From contig NC_134027.1 in assembly GCF_964204645.1 (NCBI RefSeq), positions 4,062,485 through 4,126,484 of the forward strand: a stretch of DNA of 64,000 nt, written 5' to 3'. The translations under genes were made by a program, and so were the position numbers. Below the pieces are notes generated by a model that was given only the letters and a program-made list of their open reading frames with translations, was not told the DNA's origin and did not search any database. Position 1 is the first letter of the stretch. Every line of letters begins with the position of its first letter. This document shows, one piece after another, positions 12,587 through 25,166 of the stretch. Source of the stretch: Tubulanus polymorphus. Its lineage: Eukaryota > Animalia > Nemertea.

Positions 12587-13600
12587 ACTTTATGATTTAA
12601 CCTTTTAATGTCTTCCCTTTATCCCCGCTGCAGTTATTTTTCCTAACCTGAATAGTGAAGTTGTTTGAATGCTTTTACCGTTATGTTTGGCAGGACGAAT
12701 AAAAACTAAATGTGTGCCTTATGATAATACTTGTACAACAGCCTACATTGATGTGCTAGAAAAAAAGGTTGATAGTGTCTGTGATAACTAATGATGATCT
12801 CCTATACCTCAAAGAAGATTATTTGTTATGAGACAAAATCAAATTCGCCCAATGTGGCGATACAGTCGACTCTTAATGCTAATCTAAATAATCAATTGAA
12901 TCTTGATTTTTGATCATATCCAGATATTACTTATATATTGTTATAATGTATATGTAGAATATTGATGCTTAATTTGGATTTCTTATCAAGCTACTTGGTT
13001 TTAATTGGTCCCGAATGATCCGAAATAAGCAAGGTCTACTGTATTTATTGTTTAAATTGGTTTGAAATGTGTATAACCCTCTGTGTAATTGTTAGATCTT
13101 AATCATTGTTTGCCTACTGTTGAAATGACTGCAGGAATAAAGATTATGTCAATCTAAATGATTTGTATAATTTATTTTTCCAGGAGCTTCTTTCTAGTTT
13201 GTTGCCTAATCGTAGGTAGTAAGTTTTGTAATAATGATAATAATAATATTTATTTACAGTCTGTTACTTGGATATCTCGCTAGACTTTACAAATAATGCA
13301 GATATAAAACATGGACAAATAAAAAGATGATAGCATAAACATTAAACAGTAGGCTGATATGGAATACATACAATCCTATTGGCTTATGCCAACATCAAAA
13401 TATCCAATTGTCTAAGTTAACCACAGACATTGCCCTACTGTGACTTAGATTCGCCAGCTGAGGCAGTTGCAACGTAAGGAAAATGGGTTTAGGATGTGGC
13501 GACGCGATGTGGCTAATTAATGCACTAAAACTATCGATTTTAAACCACAGAACAATATGGCTGTGAGAGTTGTCGAAGTTTGACAGTTTTAGCGCAAAAT

Positions 13601-13857
13601 ATGAGCGATTCTCCGTTTCACCGTTCACGAAAAGACGATTTCGAGACTCCTCAGGAATTACGGCGGTTATTAGTCCAAAAAGAGGAATTGATAAGGGCTC
13701 AAGCTCAGAGGATATCTCGTCTTGAAGCTGAACTGGATCGCGTGAAAGTCGACCGCGATTCAGTTGTATCCAAACTTCGATCCCTCAGTCCCAATCCAAG
13801 TTTTGACAAGCGACAGGATTTATCAAGAATTGCGATCGAAAAGTCTCAAAATGGAAA
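13601..13857 (+). CDS. First coding exon of a large multi-intron gene; N-terminal coiled coil/leucine zipper
   Basis: ATG at 13601; heptad-like LRRLLVQKEELIRAQAQRISRLEAELDRVK; strong donor AA|GTAAGT at 13858 (phase 2). Resembles the N-terminal zippers of cGMP-kinase-like or other signalling proteins, but the gene cannot be identified. Confidence 0.7.
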
Positions 13858-15519
13858 GTAAGTCTTCGAAGAATTCCTATTCATGTACTATTCTGTTTCT
13901 TGTATGTACTTTCTTACTTAAATGCTACACTGACAATCTGTGCCCGCGGCTGCCCGGACCGCGTGGCGGTGACGATCTGCGTTTCTGGTCTCAAATGTCA
14001 CACTTTTATAGTTAAACCTGTCATAGATGAGTAGTTGAGTGTTTGAGCTAGTTTATGCTTCATGGTTGATAGGTCTCTGACCATGTCCAAATCCTTTGAG
14101 TGTGTCAATTCTATTTGAAATCTCTCAGTTTTCATTTTCAGTTCGGGCAGTCTCTTTTAGGGCACAGTTCTGGTGGATAAATTGTATTTTCTTTTGCCAA
14201 TTCATAGTAATCTTGAAACTTTCGTGCGAATGCAAACTACACAAAATCAATGCCGTTCTTTCACATTATTTGTCTAGGTTCCTACACTTTTCTTTTTTGA
14301 ACATGAATATACTTTCAGCTTTAATAAAGGAGCTTTCAGCCACCACTGGTGGATGTAAAGAGGAGTGCTTGAGTGCACTTCACAGGGTTGTTGCAGTGCA
14401 CTCATCTAATATACCTACCCAATAACAGTTATTGTATATATGCAATTGGAAATAAAAAATATTCCTGCCATACAAATTCACTAGAATAGATTCAAACTAG
14501 GAACATGTATTTTCATGATATAGATAGTGTATTATCATTGTCATTTACAAGCAGTTGACATCCTTGTTCTTATCTATCATTGTTTGAGTCAGGTTCCAAA
14601 TTCCAATTTATGAAGGAAGTTCCTGGAACAAAAAGAAAATTGTCGCGGTTTTATGTTCAAAATAAGAAATCTTTGAGAAAGAACAAAGAGATTTTGGATT
14701 TCCTTTGTGTGTCTGGAAGAGATTATCCCTAGTAGGCCTAGATCTTGATTGATTTATATCTGTCCTGTAGGTCTATTGAAGCTGCAAGAATTCCCACTTG
14801 CCTGACATACGCGCAGTCTTATTGATCCGAGTCCCAGGTGATAAAAAGTTCAAACTATTGTTCTGCTTGTTTGTCCAGTAATTTTTATTTCAATGATTCA
14901 TCATCCAGACTTTTGCTTCCAGCATGGAATAGTTTCGCATTTTCTATAATGCCGTAAGCTGAGTGCCATTAAATAAGAAATAGTATTGAAATAAGAGTCG
15001 AGCCATAGAAAGTCATTTCCGCATAGGCCTACTGTGTTTCTGTCAGTTGGAAAGGAACCCAGTGCTGTAAGCACTTTTCCTAGGTTGTCCATTGTATTTA
15101 AAACTCAAGTTGTTTGTTGAGAAGAGTCAGCGTTTAATCTGTCGGTCCATCGTATCCATGGTTACTGGCTCCAAATCATCAATGGCGGATCCATTCCTCA
15201 TGGGATGGTTATATTCTTAACGGGATAAAGCGACTGGGATAGTTTATAGTCGGTTGTCAGGGTATTTCTTTGTAGAGCGCGTCGTAATTAACATCATTAC
15301 AGATTTCTCAAATGCTGCAAATCTTTCATGTAATGCTGTCAGATTGGAACTGTTTTCGGTAGTTGAAAGACCCTTTGAAGTCCGGCTGAACATTTTTACC
15401 GACTGATAAGCTAAAGCTTGCCTTTGTATCGGAAGGCGTAGGAAGTTTTTGAAAAAAAAATTGCAAATTACAAATAACCTTAAATAGTATTCACATTGAA
15501 TCTAGTTCTTTTTCTTCTG

Positions 15520-15622
15520 GGCCCGGTTTTATGGTATAAACTTTAGGCCGGGGGTTAACTCAATTCATTTTCAATAAAGTTGGCCCCTGGGTTAAAGGAA
15601 TAGCGGTCTACGAAACTGGGCT
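15520..15622. mobile_element. Short Harbinger-like MITE (family 3), degenerate
   Basis: GGCCCGGTTT...AAACTGGGCT ends flanked by CTG/CAG; shares GTTAACTC and ATTCATTTTCAAT with 26561-26663. Confidence 0.5.
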
Positions 15623-16156
15623 CAGGGTTTTAAGTTATGGGTTGGGAACATTTCAGTGATTTCCTCAAAACATCTTAGATGAAGCGCCTGTAATTTGCTT
15701 GATATGATTCTGCCAGTGCGTATGCTCAACTCTCCGTTTTCATATTCCCAACTAATGCTTTCATCAAACTCTCTTCCGTTGCCTTGGATTGTCCTTGGTG
15801 ACAGATCACAATGTACTGCTAGTCATGAGTCACTATCGATTATATTACCTGTCGTATTGCTGATAAAAGAAAAAAAAAACCGACGGTCCTGGATTTTACA
15901 GTCATTATCTGTTGTGTTTACGCGACATCATTGTAATGGAAATCACAATGATCGTCCATACAACTATTGTCTCACGGATAAAATTTCCCGTTCATTATCT
16001 GTCCATGCGTAATATTTAGTTTTAACTCATCTCAATTAAAAAAACCTCAGTTGCAGGGATTACAACCAAGTGCAATATCTCCCTATTCATAGAGACGTTA
16101 TTCACATGCGAGATGTGCCGCAATACTGCTTTCGTGAAGTTCCATTGTGTTTGTAC

Positions 16157-16280
16157 AGGCTACGTTCACCGGTCTGAATTTAGTTAGAATTTATAACGTA
16201 CCAAGCGTTCATGCCGACAAAAAGTCCATTCCGCATTTGGTCTGTCAATTTTAGAACGGACCAGTTACCAGTCCAAACTT
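16157..16280. mobile_element. Truncated MITE family 2 fragment abutting a family 1 copy
   Basis: Begins AGGCTACGTTCAC; contains TTTAGAACGGACC and CAAGCGTTC motifs shared with 46290-46585. Confidence 0.5.
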
Positions 16281-16281
16281 T

Positions 16282-16584
16282 ACCTGCGATCATAAAAGCG
16301 TTTTTGCCCAGGAAAAACTGTTCACATGGGTGCCAAAATTGGCCCGGGCAAAAATTGGCCTGACCAAGCATCGGAGCAGGTCCGAGCCAAATTTTAGCCA
16401 AATGATTGTGCTGAATTGGAGCTGGTTCTGTGACTCACTTTGCTTTGTTTAAGCATTGTTTAGTATCGAGTGAGTGGTTTGGCACAGGCCAAATTTGACT
16501 CGGGTCTGATCTGTGTCAATTTGGTCCGGGCCCAAACTGTGTCAATTTGTTCAGGGCCAAATCTTTGCGGGTGATCACGGGGCT
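16282..16584 (+). mobile_element. PIF/Harbinger-like MITE family 1, degenerate copy
   Basis: Colinear similarity with 61103-61433 (CCGAGCCAAATTTTAGC, AATGATTGTG, GCTTTGTTT.AGCATT, TAGTATCGAG). Confidence 0.8.
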
Positions 16585-16642
16585 ATTGATCGATGAAATG
16601 AGACGATCTTGAATTAAAACTTTTCTTGATTTCTATTTTCAG

Positions 16643-16687
16643 GCTATGTCCAGGTATGCGAGTCACTCCAGATTCCAGAACACCAAG
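16643..16687 (+). CDS. Candidate 45-nt exon 2 of the gene starting at 13601 (K)LCPGMRVTPDSRTP
   Basis: Long pyrimidine tract plus cAG; donor AAG|GTGAGC; phase 2 in and out, matching the 13857 donor; open frame. Confidence 0.55.
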
Positions 16688-17836
16688 GTGAGCTCTCGCT
16701 GAATATCCAGGAAATGAAATTTTCCTCTTATCTATTCATGAATCATTGAGCGCTATTTACTGCCGCTTACCACAACAAATTTCAGAATAAACGGCGAAAA
16801 TTTTATAGCCTTCGGTATACAGGCTCGGTGCCGGTCGAGTTTCTGAAACAGTTTCTGCTTCATTCATTTCTCTGCCCCTTTCTCTCTCGGGAGATCCGAA
16901 ATATAATTTATACAGTTCTTGATACTAATCTTCGTTCACAAGCTTCGTTTGATATGATTTGATTTGATTTATGTCGAATTGATTCCTGTTGAGAAAATAT
17001 ATCGTCAGGCATATGTTAAATGAAATTGATAGTGTTTTGATGTGTTATGGTGTCATTTTGATGTTTGCGTAGTTGTGGCTGTCCACATCGTGTTGATATT
17101 TCAACCGTTCAATTTATTTCGTAGAAGAATAATAGGTCCCTGTATTATTTATGCTCTCTGTGGTTCTGTTGTTGTTCCTTATATTGTGAAGTAGTCGATT
17201 TCCTATTAATTGCCGACTAATCATTAGAACTTTGAGTTAGTTTTACATCTTTTTTTTTCACTGTGACTCGACGGACCATCAAGTTATGTATTGTGTTTCG
17301 TTTCTCGAGGACGCGATATAAAGATTTAGCACTTGTTAATGTCGCTGGTATGTGACACTGTTTTCACTCAGGATTCCTGAGCTGAGTCACCTCTTCACTC
17401 TCTCTTTCACTCATACACCACTCATGACAAATAACTGCTACTCAGAGCTTGCTTTACATGTTTTTCATTAGATTTGGTTCATAGTTTAGGAGTTCAACGC
17501 ATGAGTCGAATCATTTGATAAGAAACACGATTCTCAAATGCTCTCATATTTCTGCACTCGCACCAAAATGTCTGCCTATAATTTGTAGTTTATATGAAGA
17601 TTAAAGGTACCAGTATCTTGTTGCCTGTATCTGTGGGTGCAGATGACTTATCATCTGAAAGCTTTTCAATGTTCATTTCTGTAGAAATTGATGATTTTTC
17701 TACTGCACATAAATTAGGCAGTATTACTTAAGAAATCAATCGTTTATACCACACAATGCCTTAAGACTTTTCAAATAGTATATAAGCTTTTTAATGATCA
17801 GGAGGGTATTTCATTTGCGTTTGTGCTGAAGTTTTT

Positions 17837-18093
17837 AGCTGTGTTCACTGCAGTATTTGTGTGTTTCAATTAACAACGGATCAAGGATTCATCCTAGTGA
17901 AAACTCCCTTCTAAATTGGTTCATTCCATTGTAGAACAGACCAATCTAGACCGATCAAAATACAGGTTTTGGTCCGAAAGTTTGTCTGAGTGTGAATAGG
18001 AACTTTGCCTGTCAATTGCGGTCTGGCATCGAAGATTTGCCTTCTAGAGCCAAATTAGAATGGACCAACCAAGCGATAGTCTGAACGTAGGCC
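17837..18093. mobile_element. MITE family 2, degenerate copy
   Basis: AGCTGTGTTCAC...TGAACGTAGGC ends; internal AGAACAGACCAATCTAGACC and AATTAGAATGGACC motifs. Confidence 0.55.
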
Positions 18094-19145
18094 TAGCTTA
18101 TAATGGTAAAACAATGAAGTCATTGATACTGAATTAATCAACTGCATTTTAGCACAATTCTTAGAGAATATTTGTGTATACGTCATGCGGTTGACTGGCA
18201 TATTTCTGTTTCGTTGGACTGATAAATCCTACTGATTGTGGCAGGGGTACGCATGACTCAATTCCTCCATCAGAGATCGAGAGATTTTCCGTACATTGTT
18301 TGTACAGATAGCCATGACAGAGCACTACTGTACGCCTGGACCCTCAATCACCCAGCATTGAGTCACTTCATAACGATAGATCAATTGGCGATAACCTTAC
18401 GTTGTGAAGAATTGTCGAAGAAATTAGATCCAGTTATCAGTGATGAAGTCAGCAAATAATTGCTCGAGACAAAAAAGTAAAACGGCGATGGTTTGCAGGC
18501 GGAACTATGAAACTGTTTATCTTAGGTTTTTGTGCAGATTTTTATCAGAAATGATGTAGGAAGTCATTTGATGATAGTGCTTTCACAGTCACCCGCAAGA
18601 TGAAATAATTTCAAAGGAAATTGTTAATATCCTTGTCGATGGAATAATGTCTTCTACTAACTAAGTTGTTAGGTTTACGGAGCTTTAGTGCTATTCCTAT
18701 CTCTCAGCGATAATATCGAAGCCGGGTTTGTTCATCGTTTCAACTAGGCTTGGAATACCACTTGCTCAGAATCATGTATTTACAAGTATTGAAATCAATT
18801 GGCAATTATCTGAGAATTCCAGAAAACCTTGAATTAATACCAAATCAGTAGATTGCGTGATTGTGAATATACTAGATGGCAATTATTATACTCATAACAT
18901 GTTATTATATGATATCAATAGGGTTTCATTATAGTTACTGTGGTTTCTATTGATGCTGTTTAGAATTTCGCCCTATTTAGGTCCACATTGATACGACCTA
19001 AACTCTTGTTTCTTATTGGATGAATGTAATCGCTTAGTTTTTAGTTGAAATCTAAACCCTGTATAGATTTATTAGTGAAGTTCTGATGTCCTCAGAACAA
19101 TGATTTCTGTATCAGTAACAATTCGATTTACTCCTCGTTTTCTAA

Positions 19146-19322
19146 AGCCGCTTTCACGACACTATGTTATTTGGAACAGCCTAAATTTGGTGCGTTCCAA
19201 TTTAGAATGGTCCAAGTTTCCCACTCCAAAATTTAGAACAGACCTGGATTGGTTTTAAAGTCCTGTCTGGAAACGGGCCAAATTTATAGACCGTTCTGAA
19301 TAATGTTTGCGTGAACGCGGCT
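19146..19322. mobile_element. PIF/Harbinger-like MITE family 2
   Basis: Imperfect TIR AGCCGCTTTCACG / CGTGAACGCGGCT; TAA TSD at 19143-19145 and 19323-19325. Confidence 0.8.
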
Positions 19323-21196
19323 TAAAGCTTCATCTCTTCGTCTATTAGAGAAACGCTAACCTAGTGTCAATGTCTGGTAATAGCTATTGATCCGCCTCCT
19401 TACTTCTTATACCGAAAATAGTAATTGTCAAGGTTGCTGATTCCCGATGGACTGATTCTCAAATTAGGCCAGCGGTTTGATTTGTAATAATTCGTGTCAA
19501 TTCTCGCAGTGATTGGTATACAGCTCGTTTCGTTGATTACACAGTGTTATACTGATTTTCACCGCCGCTATCATGACGCTTCAAATTGATTGATGCCGCG
19601 CCAAATATTGCTTCTTTTTTAGCGTGGTTTGTTCGTTCAAAGCGCCCCTGTGGCAATGATCCTATAACAGGATAGGGACTGACCTTTAGTAAAAGTGGGG
19701 TCTGTATTTGATATATACAGAAGAGCCTAATCTGCTGCAGCTCTGAAGTAGGATGCTCGAACATCTGATTTCAGATTCATCTAGGTAATACTGAAACTAA
19801 GTGGTTGCATAGACGTCACAATTACGGCGTAATTCTTCAATTATCCTTCCTCACCAGATGAGATGCTCGAGGATTATATTCGCTATCACAATTACTTTTG
19901 ATGAAGAAATATGAAGAGATATGTCATCATGTTCCTTAATTTCATTTCCTCCACCATTTTCACATTCTTTCGCTGTAAATACTATTAATTCTATTTCATT
20001 AAAAAGGAGCATCTTCAATCTAAAGCTTGTAATCTTGACCAAGTTCTCGTCTTGTGAAGGCATTAGTCTTCGGGCTATGCTATGCAACAAGTTGTCGGAT
20101 GATTATTGGTTTGATGCAGGAAGAACTCGAACAGAATCGTCGCATTCACATCAACCTATCAGTTCTCATACGTCTTAGTAATTATGAAACCTCTTGGGAG
20201 TAATTCTGCAACAGAGATGTGTGGGGGTATCGCAGCCTCGATAACAATATATAATCACTGTAAAATGCTGCATTTTTCCGTTTGCTGATAAACAGTAATA
20301 TATGTAAGTTCATGGTTTATAAGAGAAGGAAGCGCTAATATAACTGATGTCGCTGGTTTATAAGGTTCTCGTTGTTTTCTCTTTGATGTGTGAAGTGTCA
20401 TCATCAGCCATCGCATCAATACTAGTATGTGCATCAATAGATAGGCAGCCTCTGTTTATCGATTGAAGTTTAAAATGCGGCTTGAAAAGAGATTCAGAAG
20501 AAGCGGCATCAACCATCGTGCTAAAATTTGACAGTCGTGAGGAAATGTTTGTCACGTCACTCCTGTTAAACCGTTGAGTTTGGCGCACATAACTGGCAAT
20601 ATGCCACGACCGTAGGCGAGATACGAATTTTAGAAATTGGAACAATCGATATCTTAAAATCGATGGCGTGCGCTGATTGGCCGGGCCGTCTCGCTAATGC
20701 TTAAAGATATGGCCGGAGCTGCGTCCGGAAAACTTCGGTAGCTCAGCTATTAATTATGGGATTCGAACCGAACGTGTCTCAACTTGTAGACAACATTCAA
20801 ATCTAGGGAACTAAAGAGCCGATTTCGCGTAACTTCCACCAAATCCGAGTACGGCGCGCTCAAAGAACCCGGAAGTCAACAGATCAATTTTGTCCGATTT
20901 TTGCTCTTCAAAGTACGTATTTTTGACCCTAATGTGCCTTTTATTCAAAATCTAAGACTTTAGTTCTCTGAAAAATTGGATAAGCTGTCCAGTGATACCC
21001 AATTTATGAGGTATTTTTGCTTCAATAGTGAAGGCAGGACGAATTTAGAGTTCAAAAATTTGCAATTCTGAAAAAAAATTTCAGCGCTCGTGGCCTATCG
21101 TAATTGATATGTTCTTTTCTGTATATCAAGTGAATATAAGCTTGTCAATGACTATTATTTTTCAGCTGATGATTCTATGACATTGATCTGTTGACA

Positions 21197-24100
21197 ATGC
21201 CTGTCGATTTTGATGAGATGCCCGTCGATTTTGATGAGATGAAGGTAAATTTAAGAAAAATAAATTCAATCATTTTTTATTGCCTTTTCATTTCTCTTTG
21301 TATAAGAAAAGGCTGAAATTCAAACGGTTTTCTTTGATTTTTAGATGGAAGAATCAAATAATAAGCGGAAAAAAGGTTTCAACTTTGGCCACGGCAGGAA
21401 AAAGAAAAAGTTTGCTGATAAAATGAAGAGCATGAGTGAGTAATAGGCGGCTAGGCCCTATACAGACTGCATGAATTACAACTTTTGGCCCATAAAATGT
21501 ATGATAACTATTGTTAATTCACAAAATAAGTCTGCGGTTACATGACCTTACCGACCTGAACCTTCAGTTGCAACCATTTGGCTACAGCAATATAGCCAAG
21601 GACCCAATTTCATTCCATTCCCGAGGTATGTCATGTAATTGCAGATACTTTGTTAAAGAGTAAAGAGGTTTTCGCTGCAGAAATACATTAAGACTTGTTC
21701 AGAAAGAGATTTCAATTTCCGTATCCCAGTGTTAACCTCTGATCTTGATGCTGTTTCATTGTTCGAGACCATATTTTGTATGAAAATGTTTCTTTTTTTG
21801 TGGAATAAAGTGGAGTATAATTATCATTTAAATTGTAACTCTTCTGCATTCTTTTTCTTGTTAGTTTGTTTTTCTTTCGTCATCGTTTGATAGTCAAAAG
21901 CTTGCTCAACCCGGATGAGTTTATTCCAGAATTAGGCCAAAATATGTGTGTAAACCTGGTTCAGTCGGAATAATTAGGGATATACTATCCGATTGGTGCA
22001 AATTTGACTGTACAACGAACGTGTCGGCATTCACATCCAGGAAATCGGGTTACCTACTCAATTTTTTGACGGGACCAAAATTTACTGCGGCATGTATTGA
22101 TTCATTCGATCATGATTTGCTGAACACAAACTGGAACAATTTCATAGGACAAATGCCCCCAGTAAGCAGGATCTACTGTTTCACCAATCCAAGAGGACCA
22201 AAGACTAGCCTGGAGTGAAAATACAAAATCAGAATAACCAAGCCATAGATAGTGTATACATGTATGATAATATTTATTTTGCCCTAAAAATTTACAACAT
22301 TTCACTATATACAACGGAGCAACGCAAAGACTGTAAGTACATTATTGCCTCATTCTTTCATTTTTGTTAAGTTTAGATTAAAGGTTATTACTAATAAACA
22401 CCCAATTAAGAAATAAAAAAAATAATACTGTCTTAATAATTTGACAAACAGTACAACGTTTAATCATTCATAACATCCAAGATAAGTGCAAAAATCAATA
22501 AATATCAAACATTGAAATTTTGGAACAAAATTAAATATACAAACATTTAAGTAATGCTCGCTTTATAACCTGATTTGTTGATAGGATCGTGTATCGGTAG
22601 TCGTAACAGCGCTAAATCAGATGAGAGTACCAGCGAATCCCTCGAGCTAAGTGCAATATCATCAGCATCAACTACTATCAATCCCGTTGACTCAGATATT
22701 GCAGAACCAGAGTCATCTTATGAGATATCGTATCAGTCTAGTTCAACTCCTAAAAAACAGCCAGCGCCGCCATCCATTTCCCAAGAAAATGTAGATTTAA
22801 AGGAAAAAGTGCGTCAGCTGGAGCAGGAACTTCAAACTATCAAATGTATCCAACAGAACAAAAATACGCTGATCATCTGTGATGGAGACGAAGACAAAAC
22901 AATTTTCAGAGCTCGAAATACATATAAATCGAAATCCCGAGACAACTACAACTATTTCATCAAATTAGATGAGCCGAAGATACAATCCTTAGATGCTGGT
23001 GAAAAAACTCTTGAGAAGCGAGCATCCCTGTTGAAACTTATAATCCAATTCATCTCCAAAGATAAAGACCAATCAATTGAAAATGCTGCCAAAACAATAT
23101 CGTACTTATTAAGAAAAGACACATCCATTAAAGAAAAGGTTATTTCCCATATTCCCGATATGAAACCAGCGCGGATGCTCACTGCTCAAGAGTACCTTGA
23201 AATCAAAATGCATCTTCGACTGACAATGACCCAGTCTTTGGAACTAGGAAAACTTTTACGACTGTACAATATCAATATTTTGCCATCAGCTGACAAACTG
23301 CGCGAGGAAATTAACAGTCGATCTGAAGCTTTAAAAAACAATCTTGATGTAGGTCAAGCCGAAATGATTGTAAATTCGAGAACCTCGGAGAGAAAAACAA
23401 CTGCGTACGCTAAAGTGAATAGTTTCCGTGTTCAGTTACTTGTAAAAATTAAACGTTTGTCTGAAAAAGGTCAACTGTTGTTTCCTGCAGAGGTTCATGG
23501 TGAAATATGGATTAAGATTGGGGCGGACAAGGGGGGAGGTAGTACGAAACTTGTATTTTCAATTATCAACTGTAAATTGTGCAATAGTACAGACTTTACA
23601 GAGATGATCGCGTATTTTGAAGCTGTAGATTCATATGAGAATATGGAGCAGGTTTTCTCACCAATATTTGATGAGATGAAGACTATCTCTAGTGTAGATA
23701 TTGTAAATAGTGATGGAAAATATGTAGCCGTCGCGATCCGTTTTTTTCTATTTGGTGACCTTGCCTTTTTGTGCACATGTATGGGTCACCAGGGTTCAAC
23801 GGCCAAATTTCCTTGTTTGTGGTGTCAAGTGAAGCTGGATGACCTAAGAAAGCACCACGGCTCACCACATTGTCCACAATCGGTGAAATTTGAATCTCGA
23901 TCAGTTGCCCTCTATAAACAGAATGTAGCAAATCCAGGTGCTAATAATTTAAGTGTAGTGAAAGCTCAGATGTTTCACCTACAGGATATCGATCATTTAG
24001 TTCCTCCTGGACTTCATATCTCCCTGGGACTTGGCTTACTATTTTTCAACATGTTAGAAAAAAAATGTCAAGAATTTGACAACGAATCTTTGGGGGAACG

Positions 24101-25166
24101 TGATGAAACACTTTACAGAACCTGGCAAGAAATTTCAACAAAAACATCGGAAGTCCAAGAGGAACTAAATGATCTTTCAAGTCGTATTGATACGAAATGC
24201 AAATACTTACAGAAACTCACTACTGCTAATAGACGTGGTCGATGTGTTGTTTCGTGTACATCGAAAATTTGTCTAATAAGGACAATTGAGAATCCAAATC
24301 CGAATCGGTATATATATTGTATCAAATGTGACGCTCCGTACCATGAGCAGTGTATCGAAGATTGTCCAGATTTTCAGTGTGAACTATGCCTTACAGGAAA
24401 ACAATTGTCGGCCAACAAAATCATCAGATGCATCACTGAAAATCTGGCCAACCTTAAATCCAGACAAGTTGAGTTAAAAAAGGAATTCCAAAAGAAATCA
24501 AGTGAGTTAAATGCTGTGTACAGTAAAGTTCAGGCCCAAATGGGACCTTTATGTAAGACATTAAATCAAGTCCTGATAGAAATCGGCGTTGATCGTCAAG
24601 CGTATCATAGCAATAGTTTTGTAGGGAATCATATTCACAAGTTGCTAAACAACGCGGAAAAATTATGCAAAGTGATTCCCGACGAATCGATTAGTTCCTT
24701 GTTCCAAGAGTTGTTCGAACGACTACGTTCGCTATATCGATTATACAGCGCATCTCGGTTTCTTTCTAAAGACGAGATATCCAATATGACAACACAATGC
24801 CACGATTTTGGCCGCTTTTTTACGTCTAAATTTCCCAATGTAAATATCACTCCGAAAATCCATATTCTAGTATACCATGTTCCCGAATTTGTAAATATGT
24901 GGGGAACACTTGGCTTGTTCAGCGAGCAAGCTCTTGAAAGCAAACACGCTAGTGTCAATCGAGATAATCGGACATTTTGCAGCATACGCGACAATGTTTT
25001 ACGCTCCAAACTTCTCTTCCAAAACCAGGCCTTGTATGCGACGAAAACATTAGAGCAACCGGCGTCTGTTCCACGTAAATGCAGTTGCGGCGGTTTCTAT
25101 AAGAAGTGTCTAGCCGATGGAAAATCTGTAAAGAAATGTAAATCGTGTCAGAAAATTGCCGAATGA
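21197..25166 (+). CDS. RAG1/Transib/Chapaev-type DDE transposase with internal PHD finger; predicted 3 exons, ~906 aa
   Basis: Exons 21197-21244 (phase 0), 21345-21435 (donor A|GTGAGT, phase 1) and 22585-25166 (acceptor ttgatAG, phase 1) total 2721 nt. Likely catalytic D in IKIGADKGGG (23526), D in FGDLAFL (23757) and E in SEQALESKH (24936). C-x2-C in FPCLWC and H-x4-H in TPKIHILVYH; also PPGLHISLG. Confidence 0.88.

Noticed and set aside
21946-22218. 90-aa ORF in transposase intron 2 as a possible Chapa/RAG1 N-terminal zinc-finger exon
   Set aside because: Nearby acceptors are phase-incompatible or hit stops, and the Cys/His pattern is not convincing.
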